Positions 39,772 through 53,619 of a stretch of DNA of 64,000 nucleotides are shown piece by piece. The translations under genes were made by a program, and so were the position numbers. Source of the stretch: Octopus vulgaris (taxonomy: Eukaryota); the NCBI GenBank assembly GCA_951406725.2, contig OX597818.1, positions 92,132,001 through 92,196,000 on the forward strand, given 5' to 3'. Every line of letters begins with the position of its first letter. Within the stretch, counting starts at the first letter, position 1. The notes under the pieces are model-generated. The model did no database searches and had not been told where the DNA came from. It saw nothing but the letters and a program-made list of their open reading frames with translations.

Positions 39772-41808
39772 TAAGAAAGTTTGTTTGGTAAAGCACGTGG
39801 GTGAATATATAAGAAAATAGTAAAGTGTGAAAAAACGACAGAAGGCTTAAATGTTAAAAGATATATATATTTGTGTCAAAATGTCTGGAGAATATTGAAA
39901 AATTTTTTTTTCCCCCTTTCCTTAAAATGACAATTTTTAAATTTTTAAAGAAATACCGGTTTGTGTAGCTTTTCAAATTTCTTGTGACGTTATGTTTATA
40001 TTGCATGGATTTATCGTTGTTTTTATTTCAGGAGATTTCTAAATAAGGGGAGGTAGTGATTTTTTCGGTGTAGGGAGATAATCGCTTAAAAAATTTTTTC
40101 CCATTTCCTTGTTAATTTCTCTGTGTCGTATGTTCGGATGGTTGAGTCTGGGTTTGTACTTTTCAATGAAGAACTTGTTCAGTCTCATTTGTGTTGATGA
40201 TCCGAAAGCACATTGGTAAAATGGGAAGATTAGAAATTGTGGCAAGTTGCTTTGGCATTTTCAATGTGCTCACTGTATCATTCTATATTCTGGGAATGCA
40301 ATCTGTTGTCGATGCAGTGTGCATCTGCGCCTAGTGATAGTCCCGTGGAACCCACGTAGTCTTGGTGGCAGCCCGAGCATTTATATATATGTTTTAGTTA
40401 TTTGATCTTAAATTTCTGTCCTTCTTTAAAGAAGAATTCTGATCCTTCCAATAGGTTAGGACATGTTATCGATCTACCACATTTTTTTACTTTTATCCGT
40501 AATTTTAGAAGACAATTTTGCCTTTGTGAGAATCTTTTAATGATTTAGGCTGTTTGTAGCTTTTAATGATTTGGTGTATGTTTAGAACTTAATTTTGGGT
40601 TTTTATATATTGGTAAATTCTGGGTGATGATGGTGAACTGGGGTTGTATGTAGATATGTAAGGTAGTATTTTCGGGGAAGGTGTGTTGTTGTGTTGAACT
40701 TTTCTAAAGTTTCACGTCTGATCCCATCCTCTATGAGTTGAGCTGGGTAATGTCTGTCAATTAGGGTGTTTTTGAGTTCTTGCAGTCTAAAGTTCCTGGT
40801 ATTTTGTTCTGACACTATTGTGCATATCCTTCTTGCAAGGTTGAAGGGTATGTTTGTTTTAGTGTGTCTTGGGTGGCATGAATTAAAAAGAAGGTATTGT
40901 TTGGCGTCTGTGGCTTTGTAAAAAATGTCTGTTTCTATTTTAAGGTTAATTTTTTTAATTATATATCCAAGAACGGAGCTCCTTTTGGTTGTATTCCATT
41001 GTGAACTGTATATTTGGGTTTATGCTGTTCAATAGGTTTTTAAATTTTAGTTTATCTATGTTTTATTCCAGAGAATGAAACAATCGTCTAGAATCGTTTC
41101 CAATTCTCTTTTATGTATTAAGGACAAAGATTGATAGAGACTGTAAATATTAATGTATCCCATTGTTAACAATGACTGGTGCTGCCCTTGTACCCATAGC
41201 AATTCCGGATTTTTGAGTAAAATGTATTGTCAAACATGAAGTGGTTATTGTGTAGGATGAATTCAATTGATTTAGTAATGAATTCCTTACTGATCCTTTT
41301 GGTATTTCTTCCGGAATATAGAATGATACCTTTTAGTGAGCACATTGAGAAATGCGCAAAGCAACTACTGCCACAATTTTTAATCTTCCCATTTTACCAA
41401 TGTGCTTTCGGATCATCAACACAAATGAGACTGAACAAGAAACATTCTTCATTGAAAAGTACAAACCCAGACTCAACCATCCGAACATACTGACACAGAG
41501 AAATTAACAAGGAAATGGGAAAAAATTTTTAAGCGATTATCTCCCCTACACCGGAAAAATCACTCACTACCTCCCTTATTTAGAAATCTCCTGTAAAAAC
41601 AACGATAAATCCATGCAATATAAACATCAAGAAATTTGAAAAGCTACACGCGAAACCGGTAATTTCTTTAAAAATTTAAAAATTATGTCATTTTAAGGAA
41701 AGGGAAAAAAAAAATTTTTCCAATATTCTCCAGACATTTTGACACAAATATATATATCTTTTAACATTTAAGCCTTCTGTCGTTTTTCACACTTTACTAT
41801 TTTCTTAT
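39770..41808 (-). mobile_element. 5'-truncated Penelope-like element with an inverted terminal repeat at its 5' end
   Basis: Minus-strand remnants SGIAMGTR, LDDCF, FLDI, YKATDAKQYLLFNSCHPRHTKTNIPFNLARRICTIVS and HYVGSTG (GIY-YIG). About 39807-40290 is mirrored at about 41315-41808. Confidence 0.88.
41629..41668 (+). ncRNA. Minimal type I hammerhead with U3:A8 core
   Basis: aagaaau UUGAAAA gc-uacac-gc GAAA ccgg UA auuucuu, with a perfect 7-bp stem I. Confidence 0.65.
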
Positions 41809-41883
41809 ATATATATATATATATACATATATACATATATATATATACACACATATATACATATATATATATATACACATATA

Positions 41884-41928
<45 letters not shown>

Positions 41929-41931
<3 letters not shown>

Positions 41932-42199
41932 TAAACACATAAATGTGAAACAAGGTGGAAAAAGAGTACTCGAATACCAATGGTAGAGTAATATGCTTTA
42001 TTTAAAGCAGCAGAAAATTCAACAAAACCTGTTACTCTGAGTTTCCCGTTGCCGTTCATGACAGCATGCGCACTAAATTTTAACGCTCTTGCTCACTCGT
42101 GCTGTTTACAGCTAGAATCTAGCAAAAACTGTCCGATGAACGGCAACGGGAAACTCAGAGTAACAGGTTTTGTTGAATTTTCTGCTGCTTTAGATAAAG
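41929..42199 (-). mobile_element. Short fold-back of the 38346 family with a captured mariner-TIR spacer
   Basis: Same tail and arm end as 38346-39699. The right-arm HHR core reads CCGAUGA. Spacer 42064-42113 matches 32890-32939. Confidence 0.8.
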
Positions 42200-42491
42200 T
42201 ATATATATATATGTAGGGGCTGGCCAGATTGGAGCAATCTCAAGATTAATCAGCCGAAATTGCGACAATGATCCGGTTCTTGACTGAGGATAGAAAGCTT
42301 GTTTTTTTTGTATCGTCTATCTGAATGTTTTGTATTACCTAGTTGTCCGGATGTAATAAATATACATATTACGCCTCTCTCTCTGTTTCTCTCTCCCTTT
42401 ATATATATATCTATGTATGTATGTATGTATGTAGTGTGTGTGGATGTATATATGTATGTATGCTTATCTGTATATAAGTAGATATATATAT

Positions 42492-42526
<35 letters not shown>

Positions 42527-42652
42527 AATATATATAAGTATATATGTATATATATATATGTATATATGCATATATACATATATACATATATATATTGATA
42601 CACACACACATACAGTATATACTGCATGTGTGTATAATAATTTCATATATAC

Positions 42653-42699
<47 letters not shown>

Positions 42700-42794
42700 T
42701 GTGTATCTATCTATCTATTTATTTTTTTATCTCTCTTTCTCTCCCTGTACACATACAAACACACACACACATATGCATTTACATATACATATAC

Positions 42795-42852
<58 letters not shown>

Positions 42853-43812
42853 GAAGATTGAGAGATAATATAGTTCGCTCAAAATTATGCGAGAACACCA
42901 TCCCGTAAAATAGAATTTAAACAGAAACTGCATAGCTTTTGGTGCTGTTACTTCTATAAACCAAGGATTGGAAAACAAATTATCCATAAGAATGACTGAA
43001 GAGAAATTAAACCTATGACGGAACAGAAACGTCTTTGTGATACACGTTTCGAAAAAGAAATGCAATAACATTATGGGAGTACATCTGGTAACTAATATAG
43101 TATACTTCTCATAATGACACAGAGTGGAATATCATCAAAAGGTCTAATCCTCACAAGAGTAGAAGCAAAGGAAAATTTTGACTTTTGTGCAGAAGTAAAG
43201 AGAAAGACCCTACAAATTTTACATAATTATAAGATCTATTTAACACCTGATCAGAATAATCGAGAAATACAAGCACTATGGAAAGTATCCCTTACTGAAC
43301 TGAGTCACACTTCCTTTATCTGACTAGCTCAAAAGCACAGACATATCATGTGCTTTCCCTTTGCTTTTCTTCGTATTCCTGCATATTCTTATCCTTTTTC
43401 TTTGCCGTTTCTTTTCTGCACATATTTTTGCCTACTCACAATATGTTTACTCGCCACTAATCTTATTCATGTACCGAGGTATCTAAAATCTGCAATTTTT
43501 CATTTTTCTATGTTCTCATCTTTCATCTTGCATTCGCATCGGCAACCTTGTAGAGAATACATCATAGCTTGTCTACGTAGGAGTCGTGCTAATTATCGGA
43601 TGTGAAAACGTTTTAGTTGTATTTTTATAAAATACACTTTTTTTAATTTTTCTAATCACGACTGAAAGAGCTTTTAAAGTTGAAACTAAATGCAGTCCAT
43701 CTGGGTGGCCTGCAATTCGTATTACCACCCGTAATTCATTATATACTACTTAATACATTTGTATCAAACATGGGTGTGCGCGTAAGTATGAATGTGTGTG
43801 TATGTGTGTGGT

Positions 43813-43845
<33 letters not shown>

Positions 43846-45002
43846 AGTGCATATATGCATATATTCATATATATATATACATGTATGCATATATATATAT
43901 ATATACATATTTATATATATATATATATTTACATATTGGTGAATTGAAGAAATGGAGCTGAACGCAGATTGAACAGAAATCGTTTTATTTCATTCTACAC
44001 GTGTTTCGAAAGGCACAAATTACCAAAATCCGATGGAATAATGGGACCATATTGTGTCTTTCTCTTCAGGAAGAAAATAGGAAATCCGTTGGAAAAACAA
44101 AAACAGAACAGAGGCGGAGCAAAAACAAATCGAACTATGCTCCTAAGAGCCCATGGCGAAACTGTTTATCAGTGTATGTTGAGAACCGGTGGCTGAAGAA
44201 TTCAACGGGTCAAGCATCGGTCAATCATGTGGGTGAGGGTGCGTAGATGTTCTTTGTGACCGAGAATAAAGTTCTGACTATTTAAAGAATATTGGATGTT
44301 TTATAAGGGGCGAGAAAAAATTTACTTAGAGACGTGTGTGTGTGTATACTGTTCTATATATGTGTGTGTTGGCGTAGGGGTAGAAAACATTTTTTGTGTA
44401 CGTGTGTGCGTTTGATCGTTCGGCTGTCAGTGGCTACTGCCGTGATAACCGTTGAGTGGCAGAAAAAAAATATATATATATCATGTTTTATGTGTGTGTA
44501 TGTTTTCATCTAAGCCTGTCTTGTCAAGGAAACCCCCCGCTGTGAAAAAACCAAGCCCCGTTTGTCTTACAGGAGTAATTCCCCTTGCAGTGGTTAATCG
44601 TAGATATCTTAAAGGCTATTTCATAATTTGTTACCAAGGGCTATGGGTGCCGGTATTATTTATAAACGCTATTTAAAAGCCAGATAAGTGTAACGCCGCC
44701 AATGGGGGCATCGAAAAGCCGACTGTAAAAGCCCGTTTACCATCCGGCCTCTGGCAAACAAAATATGGAAGAGTTCGGAGACACAAAGGTTGCACTGCCT
44801 TCTGCCCCTATCAAATGGGAGGGCCACCGACAAAATGGACCATTCCAGCCTGTAGCTTAAGTTCGTATCCTTCAGTCGCCATATTAGCTTACTGAGTCCC
44901 GTGGTCTGGCGCTTGTTCATGTCCCGAAAAGTTGCGTAATGGTTGGAGACACGCAAAGACAATCTTGAGGATGAGGCCCCTACATAAGTGAACTCAGATG
45001 TC

Positions 45003-45326
45003 TTCACTTATGTAGGGGCCTCATCCTCAAGATTGTCTTTGCGTGTCTCCAACCATTACGCAACTTTTCGGGACATGAACAAGCGCCAGACCACGGGACT
45101 CAGTAAGCTAATATGGCGACTGAAGGATACGAACTTAAGCTACAGGCTGGAATGGTCCATTTTGTCGGTGGCCCTCCCATTTGATAGGGGCAGAAGGCAG
45201 TGCAACCTTTGTGTCTCCGAACTCTTCCATATTTTGTTTGCCAGAGGCCGGATGGTAAACGGGCTTTTACAGTCGGCTTTTCGATGCCCCCATTGGCGGC
45301 GTTACACTTATCTGGCTTTTAAATAG
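45003..45326 (+). pseudogene. C-terminal GIY-YIG endonuclease fragment of a PLE (mirror at 44669-44992 on the minus strand)
   Basis: YVGAS..R.S.H..TF...TGLSK.IW.LK...W.IL...CNLC..E...CPH is the PLE endonuclease C-terminal pattern. The frame is open to the stop and lacks its N-terminus. Confidence 0.8.
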
Positions 45327-45916
45327 CGTTTATAAATAATACCGGCACCCATAGCCCTTGGTAACAAATTATGAAATAGCCTTTAAGATATCTACGATTA
45401 ACCACTGCAAGGGGAATTACTCCTGTAAGACAAACGGGGCTTGGTTTTTTCACAGCGGGGGGTTTCCTTGACAAGGCAGGCTTAGATGAAAACATACACA
45501 CACATAAAACATGATATATATATTTTTTTTTTCTGCCACCCAACGGTTATCACGGCAGTAGCCACTGACAGCCGAACGATCAAACGCACACACGTACACA
45601 AAAAATGTTTTCTACCCCTACGCCAACACACACATATATAGAACAGTATACACACACACGCGTCTCTAAGTAGATTTTTTTCTCGCCCCTTATAAAACAT
45701 CCAATATTCTTTAAATAGTCAGAACTTTATTCTCGGTCACAAAGAACATCTACGCACCCTCACCCACATGATTGACCGATGCTTGACCCGTTGAATTCTT
45801 CAGCCACCGGTTCTCAACATACACTGATAAACAGTTTCGCCATGGGCTCTTAGGAGCATAGTTCGATTTGTTTTTGCTCCGCCTCTGTTCTGTTTTTGTT
45901 TTTCCAACGGATTTCC

Positions 45917-46010
45917 TATTTTCTTCCTGAAGAGAAAGACACAATATGGTCCCATTATTCCATCGGATTTTGGTAATTTGTGCCTTTCGAAACACGTGTA
46001 GAATGAAATA
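45917..46010 (+). ncRNA. Type I hammerhead ribozyme with extended stem II (mirror at 43986-44079 on the minus strand)
   Basis: uauuuucuuc CUGAAGA gaaagacacaa-(33 nt)-uugugccuuuc GAAA cacgug UA gaaugaaaua. Confidence 0.8.
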
Positions 46011-46229
46011 AAACGATTTCTGTTCAATCTGCGTTCAGCTCCATTTCTTCAATTCACTAATAATGTTCTAATTTCAATTATCCGCACCAACGCACGGTTG
46101 CAACACCATATGGTTGTACCTCCAACCGTGCTGTTTTACTGCTGTGATTTTTGCTACTAAGGTATCGGTTAAACTTTTGATTAATCTACTACAAGATTAT
46201 TCATCTTTCTATTTCACATTATATATATT

Positions 46230-46275
<46 letters not shown>

Positions 46276-47651
46276 TATATATTCATATATATATGATACA
46301 TATGTGTGTATATGTATATATTTATGTATGTATATATCTATGAGTGCATATATCTATGAGAGTGTTTATGTGTATGCATGTAGGTATGTATGTATCAATA
46401 ATGAATGTATGTATATTTGTATCCGTATATAAATATATAGATACATATGTGTGCTTGTCTGTATGTCCGTGTGTGTCTCGAAATCTAATGTACATAATAG
46501 CGAAAATATATTTAACGTAGTGCAAATATTACCTGATAATATGAAACTGAATATGGTGAGTAGAGAGGATGATGTGTTTTTATTTTTGTATCAGAAGTTA
46601 ACAGTATAATCAGATTTCTCTCCAGGCCTGGCTGTTAATGACAGTTGTGAGCAGACCATCCCAGAATGAAGCTATGGATAGGCTGTCAACTCATGATATA
46701 AAGTCATTGATATTTGTGTATGTGTATGTGTTTGTGTATGTGTGTGTTTGTGTGTGTGAGAGAGAGAGAGAGGAGAGAGACAGAAAGAGACTGACAGTCA
46801 GATTGATGGTCAGAAAATATTTAAGTAGATTTATATAGTTTTATACAAACACATATATCCATGTATATATATACGCATATGTAGGTATTTATACATACAC
46901 ACACATATTTATGTGCACGTTATGTAAATACATATTTCTGTATGTATACATATACATATATCTGTATGCATACATACAGACATACATGTATGTGTTAATG
47001 TGTGTTCATGTGCGTGTTGTGTGTGTTGTGTGCATGTATGTGTGCGGGCACTAAGAGTAGTGATGTCATTGCCTTCTGTTTATATTTAGAGGTTCGCAAG
47101 TATCTAATGCTGATCACGCAGAGGATTCTTGAAATAGAAGACATAATACTTGCAATAAACATTATCTGTATGGCCAGCTGTGGCAATAAAAATGGATATC
47201 ACCTCACACACCTGATGTCGAAACTTTGATTCTTAGTTTCCAAACACATCATCTCTTACAGATCTCATGCATTGTCGCCGTCCAAAGATTCCTCTCGATA
47301 GGAGACTGCTAGATTCTGTAGAACATCGAATTTTCGAATTTCCTCAATTATTAATTTTCTTTATTACTATTGGAGTCTTACAAAATATCTTATCTTTGCT
47401 TTCGTTTATTTACTCTTTTACTCATTTACTTGTCTCAGTTATTTGACTGTGGTCATGCTGGAGCACCGCTTTTAGTCAAACAAATCGACTGAAGGACTTA
47501 TTCTTTGTAAGCCAAGTACTTATTCTATCGATCAATTTTGCCGAACCGCTAAGTTGCGGGGACGTAAACACACCAGCGTCGGTTGTCAAACGATATTGGG
47601 GGGACAAACACAAACACATAAATACATACACACAAACACACACACACACAA

Positions 47652-47715
<64 letters not shown>

Positions 47716-47719
<4 letters not shown>

Positions 47720-47989
47720 TAGAAGAAATGAGGTAATCAGAAGATTACCTCATCGTTCATATTTATAGATATTTATTTATATATTACATTTTTTACATAT
47801 ATATATCATATCATTCAGATCATATCATTCAGATTATTAGCGCTTTCTCCCATTCTAGTGGGGTTTTCAAATCAAATTAATTCCTTTGTGGGGAATTTAA
47901 TCATTTTATAGAGTTTCGTAGTTGTGGGGAGGAATAAGACAGTACAAGAGGGTGAAGTTGATGAGGAGGAAGTGAGAGAGAGAACATGT

Positions 47990-48034
<45 letters not shown>

Positions 48035-48642
48035 TATCTTAGGCTAAAGAGAAAGAGGGGAAGCGAGAGGGAAGAAGAAGGATTTCCTTTGGTCTGCTGG
48101 ACCCCCAAGGGAGTTCTAAGAATTTTAGCCATTTGTCTATTTTGGTGTCACTGAGTGTGTGTTGGTGGGTAGGCAGGCCATAAATTACACCTTTTATGAT
48201 TTTGAGGATGGTCAAATACCTCTTCTACTTTGTATGATCGTTTTATGGAGGTGTGTGTGTGTCTCTGTGTGTCCGTGTGTGTTTGTGTGCGTGTGTGTGT
48301 GTGTCTCTGTGTGTTTGGAGAAGAGGAGAGAGACAAAAAGAGAAAAGGGAAAATAAAAATAAAAATAAAAATAAAAATAAGGGAGGAAATGGAGAAGAAA
48401 AAAAAATTTTTTTGTGTGTTGATATTTATACCACTACATATATATACACAGACTTATACATAAAATATTGGAAAAAAAACCTTTTATCGGTTCAAAATGA
48501 ACAACCAAATTACACCATCTTGAAAATTGTATATCATAGGAAAGTTAAATTTAAAGTGACAATTAAAAAGTAAAGATGGAAGTAAATTATAAAGATAATA
48601 ATATAATGTATATAACAGGCAATATATATATATACATACACA

Positions 48643-48693
<51 letters not shown>

Positions 48694-49094
48694 AGACATA
48701 TACTAAATGTTCTACTATATTAGATTGTAAATCGAAAGATGCGTCCTTCAATGTCACTATATATATATACATGCTTACACATGAAATATTTAGAAAAAAC
48801 CCACCTTCTATCGAATCAAAATGAACAATCAAATTACACCATCTTGAAAATTGCATATCATAGGAAGGTTAAAATTAGAATGACAATTGGCAAGTAAAGA
48901 TCAAGTAAATTACAAAAACAATATAATGTATATAACAGGTAACATATATATACACACACACCTATATCTTTACTTGCCAATTGTCATTCTAATTTTAACC
49001 TTCCTATGATATGCAATTTTCAAGATGGTGTAATTTGATTGTTCATTTTGATTCGATAGAAGGTGGGTTTTTTCTAAATATTTCATGTGTAAGC

Positions 49095-49141
<47 letters not shown>

Positions 49142-50195
49142 CATTGAAGGACGCATCTTTCGATTTACAATCTAATATAGTAGAACATTTAGTATATGTC
49201 TGCATGTGTATATATATATATATATATATATATGTCTGTGTATGTATATATATATATATATATTGCCTGTTATATACATTATATTATTATCTTTATAATT
49301 TACTTCCATCTTTACTTTTTAATTGTCACTTTAATTTTAACTTTCCTATGATATACAATTTTCAAGATGGTGTAATTTGGTTGTTCATTTTGAACCGATA
49401 AAAGGTTTTTTTTCCAATATTTTATGTATAAGTCTGTGTATATATATGTAGTGGTATAAATATCAACACACAAAAAAAAATTTTTTTCTTCTCCATTTCC
49501 TCCCTTATTTTTATTTTTATTTTTATTTTTATTTTCCCTTTTCTCTTTTTGTCTCTCTCCTCTTCTCCAAACACACAGAGACACACACACACACACACAC
49601 GCACACAAACACACACGGACACACAGAGACACACACACACACCTCCACAAAACGATAATACAAAGTAGAAGAGGTATTTGACCATCCTCAAAATCATAAA
49701 AGGTGTAATTTATGGCCTGCCTACCCACCAACACACACTCAGTGACACCAAAATAGACAAATGGCTAAAATTCTTAGAACCTCCTTGGGGTCCAGCAGAC
49801 CAAAGGAAAACCTTCTTCTTCCCTCTCCCTTCCCCTCTTTCTCTTTAGCCTAAGATACAAACACACACACACACACATACACACATACACATACACACAT
49901 GTTCTCTCTCTCACTTCCTCCTCATCAACTTCACCCTCTTGTACTGTCTTATTCCTCCCCACAACTACGAAACTCTATAAAATGATTAAATTCCCCACAA
50001 AGGAATTAATTTGATTTGAAAACCCCACTAGAATGGGAGAAAGCGCTAATAATCTGAATGATATGATCTGAATGATATGATATATATATGTAAAAAATGT
50101 AATATATAAATAAATATCTATAAATATGAACCATCCGATCTTGTGATTACCTCATTTCTTCTAATATATAATACCTGTACATCATCTCCAAACCT

Positions 50196-50200
<5 letters not shown>
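47716..50200 (+). mobile_element. Fold-back of about 2.45 kb (arms about 47716-48901 and 48966-50165) inserted in the internal (TA)n of a SINE A
   Basis: Mirrored sequence and ORFs, with a tail of about 35 nt on the right only. SINE halves lie at about 47410-47640 and 50271-50412. Confidence 0.88.
50009..50053 (+). ncRNA. Hammerhead-like motif with U3:A8 core and weak stem I (mirror at about 47833-47878)
   Basis: uugau UUGAAAA c ccca-cuagaa-uggg a GAAA gcgc UA auaau. Confidence 0.45.
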
Positions 50201-50267
<67 letters not shown>

Positions 50268-52050
50268 TCATACGACGGCCTTCTTTCAGTTTCCGTCTAC
50301 CAAATCCACTCATTGGTCGGCCTGAGGTTATAGTAGAAGACACTAGCCCAAGGTACCACGCAGTGGGAATGAACCCGGAACCCTGTGGTTGGTAAGCAAG
50401 CTACTTACCACATTCTTTTCTATTCTAGGCACAAGGCCCGAAATTTTGGGGGAGGCGGCCAGTCGATTATATCCATCCTAGTATGCAACTGATATTTAAT
50501 TTATCGACCTCGAAAGGATGACAGGCAAAGTCGACCTCCGCGGAATTTGAACTCAGAACATAAAGACAGATGAAATTCCACTAAGCATTTTGCCCGGCGT
50601 GCTAACGTTTCTGCCAGCTCGTCGCCTAATTTATTAACAGCTTCACCAAACAATGTGAAGGCGCGTGGCTTAGTGGTTAGGGTATTGCGTTCTCGATCAT
50701 AGCATCAAAGATTCGATTCTCGGTTCGGATGGTGCGTTGTATTCTTTTATTTGTTTCAGTCATTTGACTGCGGCCATGCAGTCACTTACCACACAGCCAC
50801 TCCTGTGCCTGTATTCTTAAATAAAAGTTTTCACTTTACGTATGTATGTATGTATGTTTCGAGTGTTAGAAGTGGTGTACAAACAGGTTGTTCATTTATA
50901 TAAATCGCGATTTTTTTTTCAGAAGAGAACATTATTTTTGTTTGTCTTTTTGTTTTTGTTTAAAAAAAATAAAAACAATATTCTCGTCACCGTCGTCGTC
51001 GTCGTCGTCGTCGCCGTCGTGGCCTTGATGGTGGTAGGGAAAATTATTGGAATGAAAGGGACACTAATGCGGATGAGGGGGAAGAGAAGGAGGCTGATGA
51101 AAATGACGACGATGTTAATGAGGATGAGGACGAGGACAATGACGATGATGATGATGATGAGGATGATGACGACGACGATGACGACGACGATGACGATGAC
51201 GACTATGACGTCGACGTTTTTTGTAATGCGGAGGATGATGACGGCCAAAGCAACATCTACAATAAAACACAAGTCGAGCACCTTGCATACAGCTATACAT
51301 ATTCTCAAGTCACCCCATAGAACCTAATCCACCCGTAACTTATGATCAGTAACTGCACTAAACCTCTCATTAAAAAAAAGGGATTTACAATTATAAACCA
51401 CTATTTAAAGCAATTACCACTTCAATTGGCATTTCAAATATTTCAATAATCACTAATCCATTCTAATCCGTTATATCTGTCGTACGGTATGTTAATCGTC
51501 TCAATTGCATTAATTGAGGCACAATTATCGTCCGATTAAAATACCCTTAGCCTTAATTCACACATTCATATATATCAATACACACAAACACACGCACACG
51601 CACACACACACACACACACACACATACACACACACACACGCACACTCACACACACACACACTAAGCATGCGTAATATACTCGTGTATGAATGGAAAATAT
51701 GCTAGAAATGAATACATATATACATACTTACATATTTGTGTGTGAGTGTACATATATGTGTGTGTGTGTATGTGTTTTCGTGTGTGTATGTATATACATA
51801 TATTTAAAGAGAGAGGAGGTGAGAGAGAGATGGCTGTGTGATTTTATGCGTATATGCATTTGCACACCTAGAATATATAAGTATACACTAATATTCTCTG
51901 TATGAAAACACACGATACACCCAAGTCTATCTGTTGCTCGATGTCTGTGTGTGTGTGTATTGTTTGTGCGTGTGTGTGCATGCGTGTGTGTGCGTGCGCA
52001 TGTGTTTGTGCATGTGCATATGTATACAAATGTACACAGCATAGCATAGC

Positions 52051-52198
<148 letters not shown>

Positions 52199-52204
52199 AG
52201 ATAT

Positions 52205-53150
52205 ATAAACTTTGCTTTCCGATGGTTGCTTATCCCATTGCAGAAGATGGTCTCCAGTTGGTTGCTTTCTGAGTTTCGTCGACCGTGGCAAATCTCATAA
52301 ACCATGTTGCAGTGGTCCAAATATGTGATAGTCGAAAGGGGCGAGATCTGCATTGATAGTCAGAAGGGGCAAGATCTGCACAGGGTATTCCAGAAACTCA
52401 AACCCAATATTTTTTGCAATGGTTTCAACAAAGTGGGTGCCAATAAACCTCGGCGTTTGGTTTGAGATTGTCGATCAGCATTTCAGTGTCGCATAACATG
52501 ATGACTTTAGATTCATTTAAAAGTTAATGTCCAGTAAAGCCCTTTTTGCGTCCCCAAAAAACAGTTAGCTTCACTTTTTCTCCGAAAAGGTAGGTCTTCA
52601 AATTATTTTTGGCTGGCAATTCTGGGTGTTTACAGTCCTTTCTCTGACTTTTGGATTCTGACTCAAAGTGATGGATCCAAGTCTCATCTCATGTAACTAT
52701 TCTCTGCAAATGACCTTCGCTTTCATTGTTGTAGCAGTCGAACATGCGGTGACATGATTGCACTTGTACACTTCGGTAAACTCTCTTGGTAACAATCTCG
52801 CAGACTTTACGAAAGCCAAGATTGGGGATGATTTTGAATGCAGAAACATGGCTAATATACAGAGAAACTGACACCTCATTGATGGCCACTCGTCGGTTCG
52901 CCAGAAGCATCTCTCGAGCTTTCAGTGATGAAAGTAATTGGTGTCCTGCTTCTTCTTCACGCTTCTTGTGCCATCTTCATCCACTCATACACACATCTAC
53001 GCGTTGTAAACCTATCCCTGCATTGTACTGAAAACTTACGATGAATTAAAGCCCCTGACACACCCTCAGACCTGAAATATTGGATCACCGATCTATTTTT
53101 CCATAGTGTACTGTTAGCGGAGCGGTCATGTTTATTCTGTAACATAAGAA
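52205..53150 (-). pseudogene. Degenerate mariner transposase
   Basis: Remnants RSVIQYFRSEG, VYEW, LANRRVAINEVSVSLYISH, LGFRKVC and RIVT*DETWIH. Confidence 0.8.
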
Positions 53151-53619
53151 AGAAATCTAGAGCGATCAGGGCGAAACCCCGGTTCCCAAACAAGATAGTA
53201 CACCTCTTCTAGCACGCGAGCACTAAAGGCAGAGAGATCAATCGAAATAAATTATGCCGAAATTACGGAAACAACTTGCAAATATAATTGGGGACCTTCA
53301 TCTTGACGATATTATTGCGCACCGGCCCTCATCATAAGACCCTACTTGCTGGCTCTACAAGTTGCTAAGCTTTCTTCAATACCATTAAAGGCATTGCTAA
53401 TCCTCTCTTTTTAAAAAGATTCCAGTTGCTTGGCGTTTCCACTGTAGCCTGGATGTCGCTTGTGATGATATTTGTTTTACGTTGGATTAGACCTAGCTAA
53501 AACAACCATCATTTTATACTGCTTTCAATGAATCATCTGCCTCCGGTCTCGATTGGATAATGCACTGTTTTTCAGCCCTTGTCTTCACGTTCCTTGAGAT
53601 CTTTATAACGGTTGATCTA

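Larger units (their letters stand above)
43935..46062. mobile_element. Head-to-head palindrome of about 2.1 kb formed by a Penelope-like 3' end
   Basis: Arms 43935-44992 and 45003-46062 with a 10-nt loop (ctcagatgtc). Only a handful of differences; mirrored ORFs throughout. Confidence 0.93.

Noticed and set aside
39850-41320. Numerous small deletions in the PLE as a biological signal
   Set aside because: Many are 1-3 nt losses, which cannot be distinguished from long-read consensus error without the reads.
44138-44180. Second hammerhead-like motif in the palindrome (cctaaga gcc-cat-ggc gaaa ctg...cag tg)
   Set aside because: The core lacks U4/G5, the cleavage position is G, and stem I is not supported.
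47002-47229. Duplicated 75-aa ORF as a host exon (a possible acceptor tttag lies near 47085)
   Set aside because: No recognisable domain and it begins in a TG repeat. Its two copies reflect the DNA duplication, not coding conservation.
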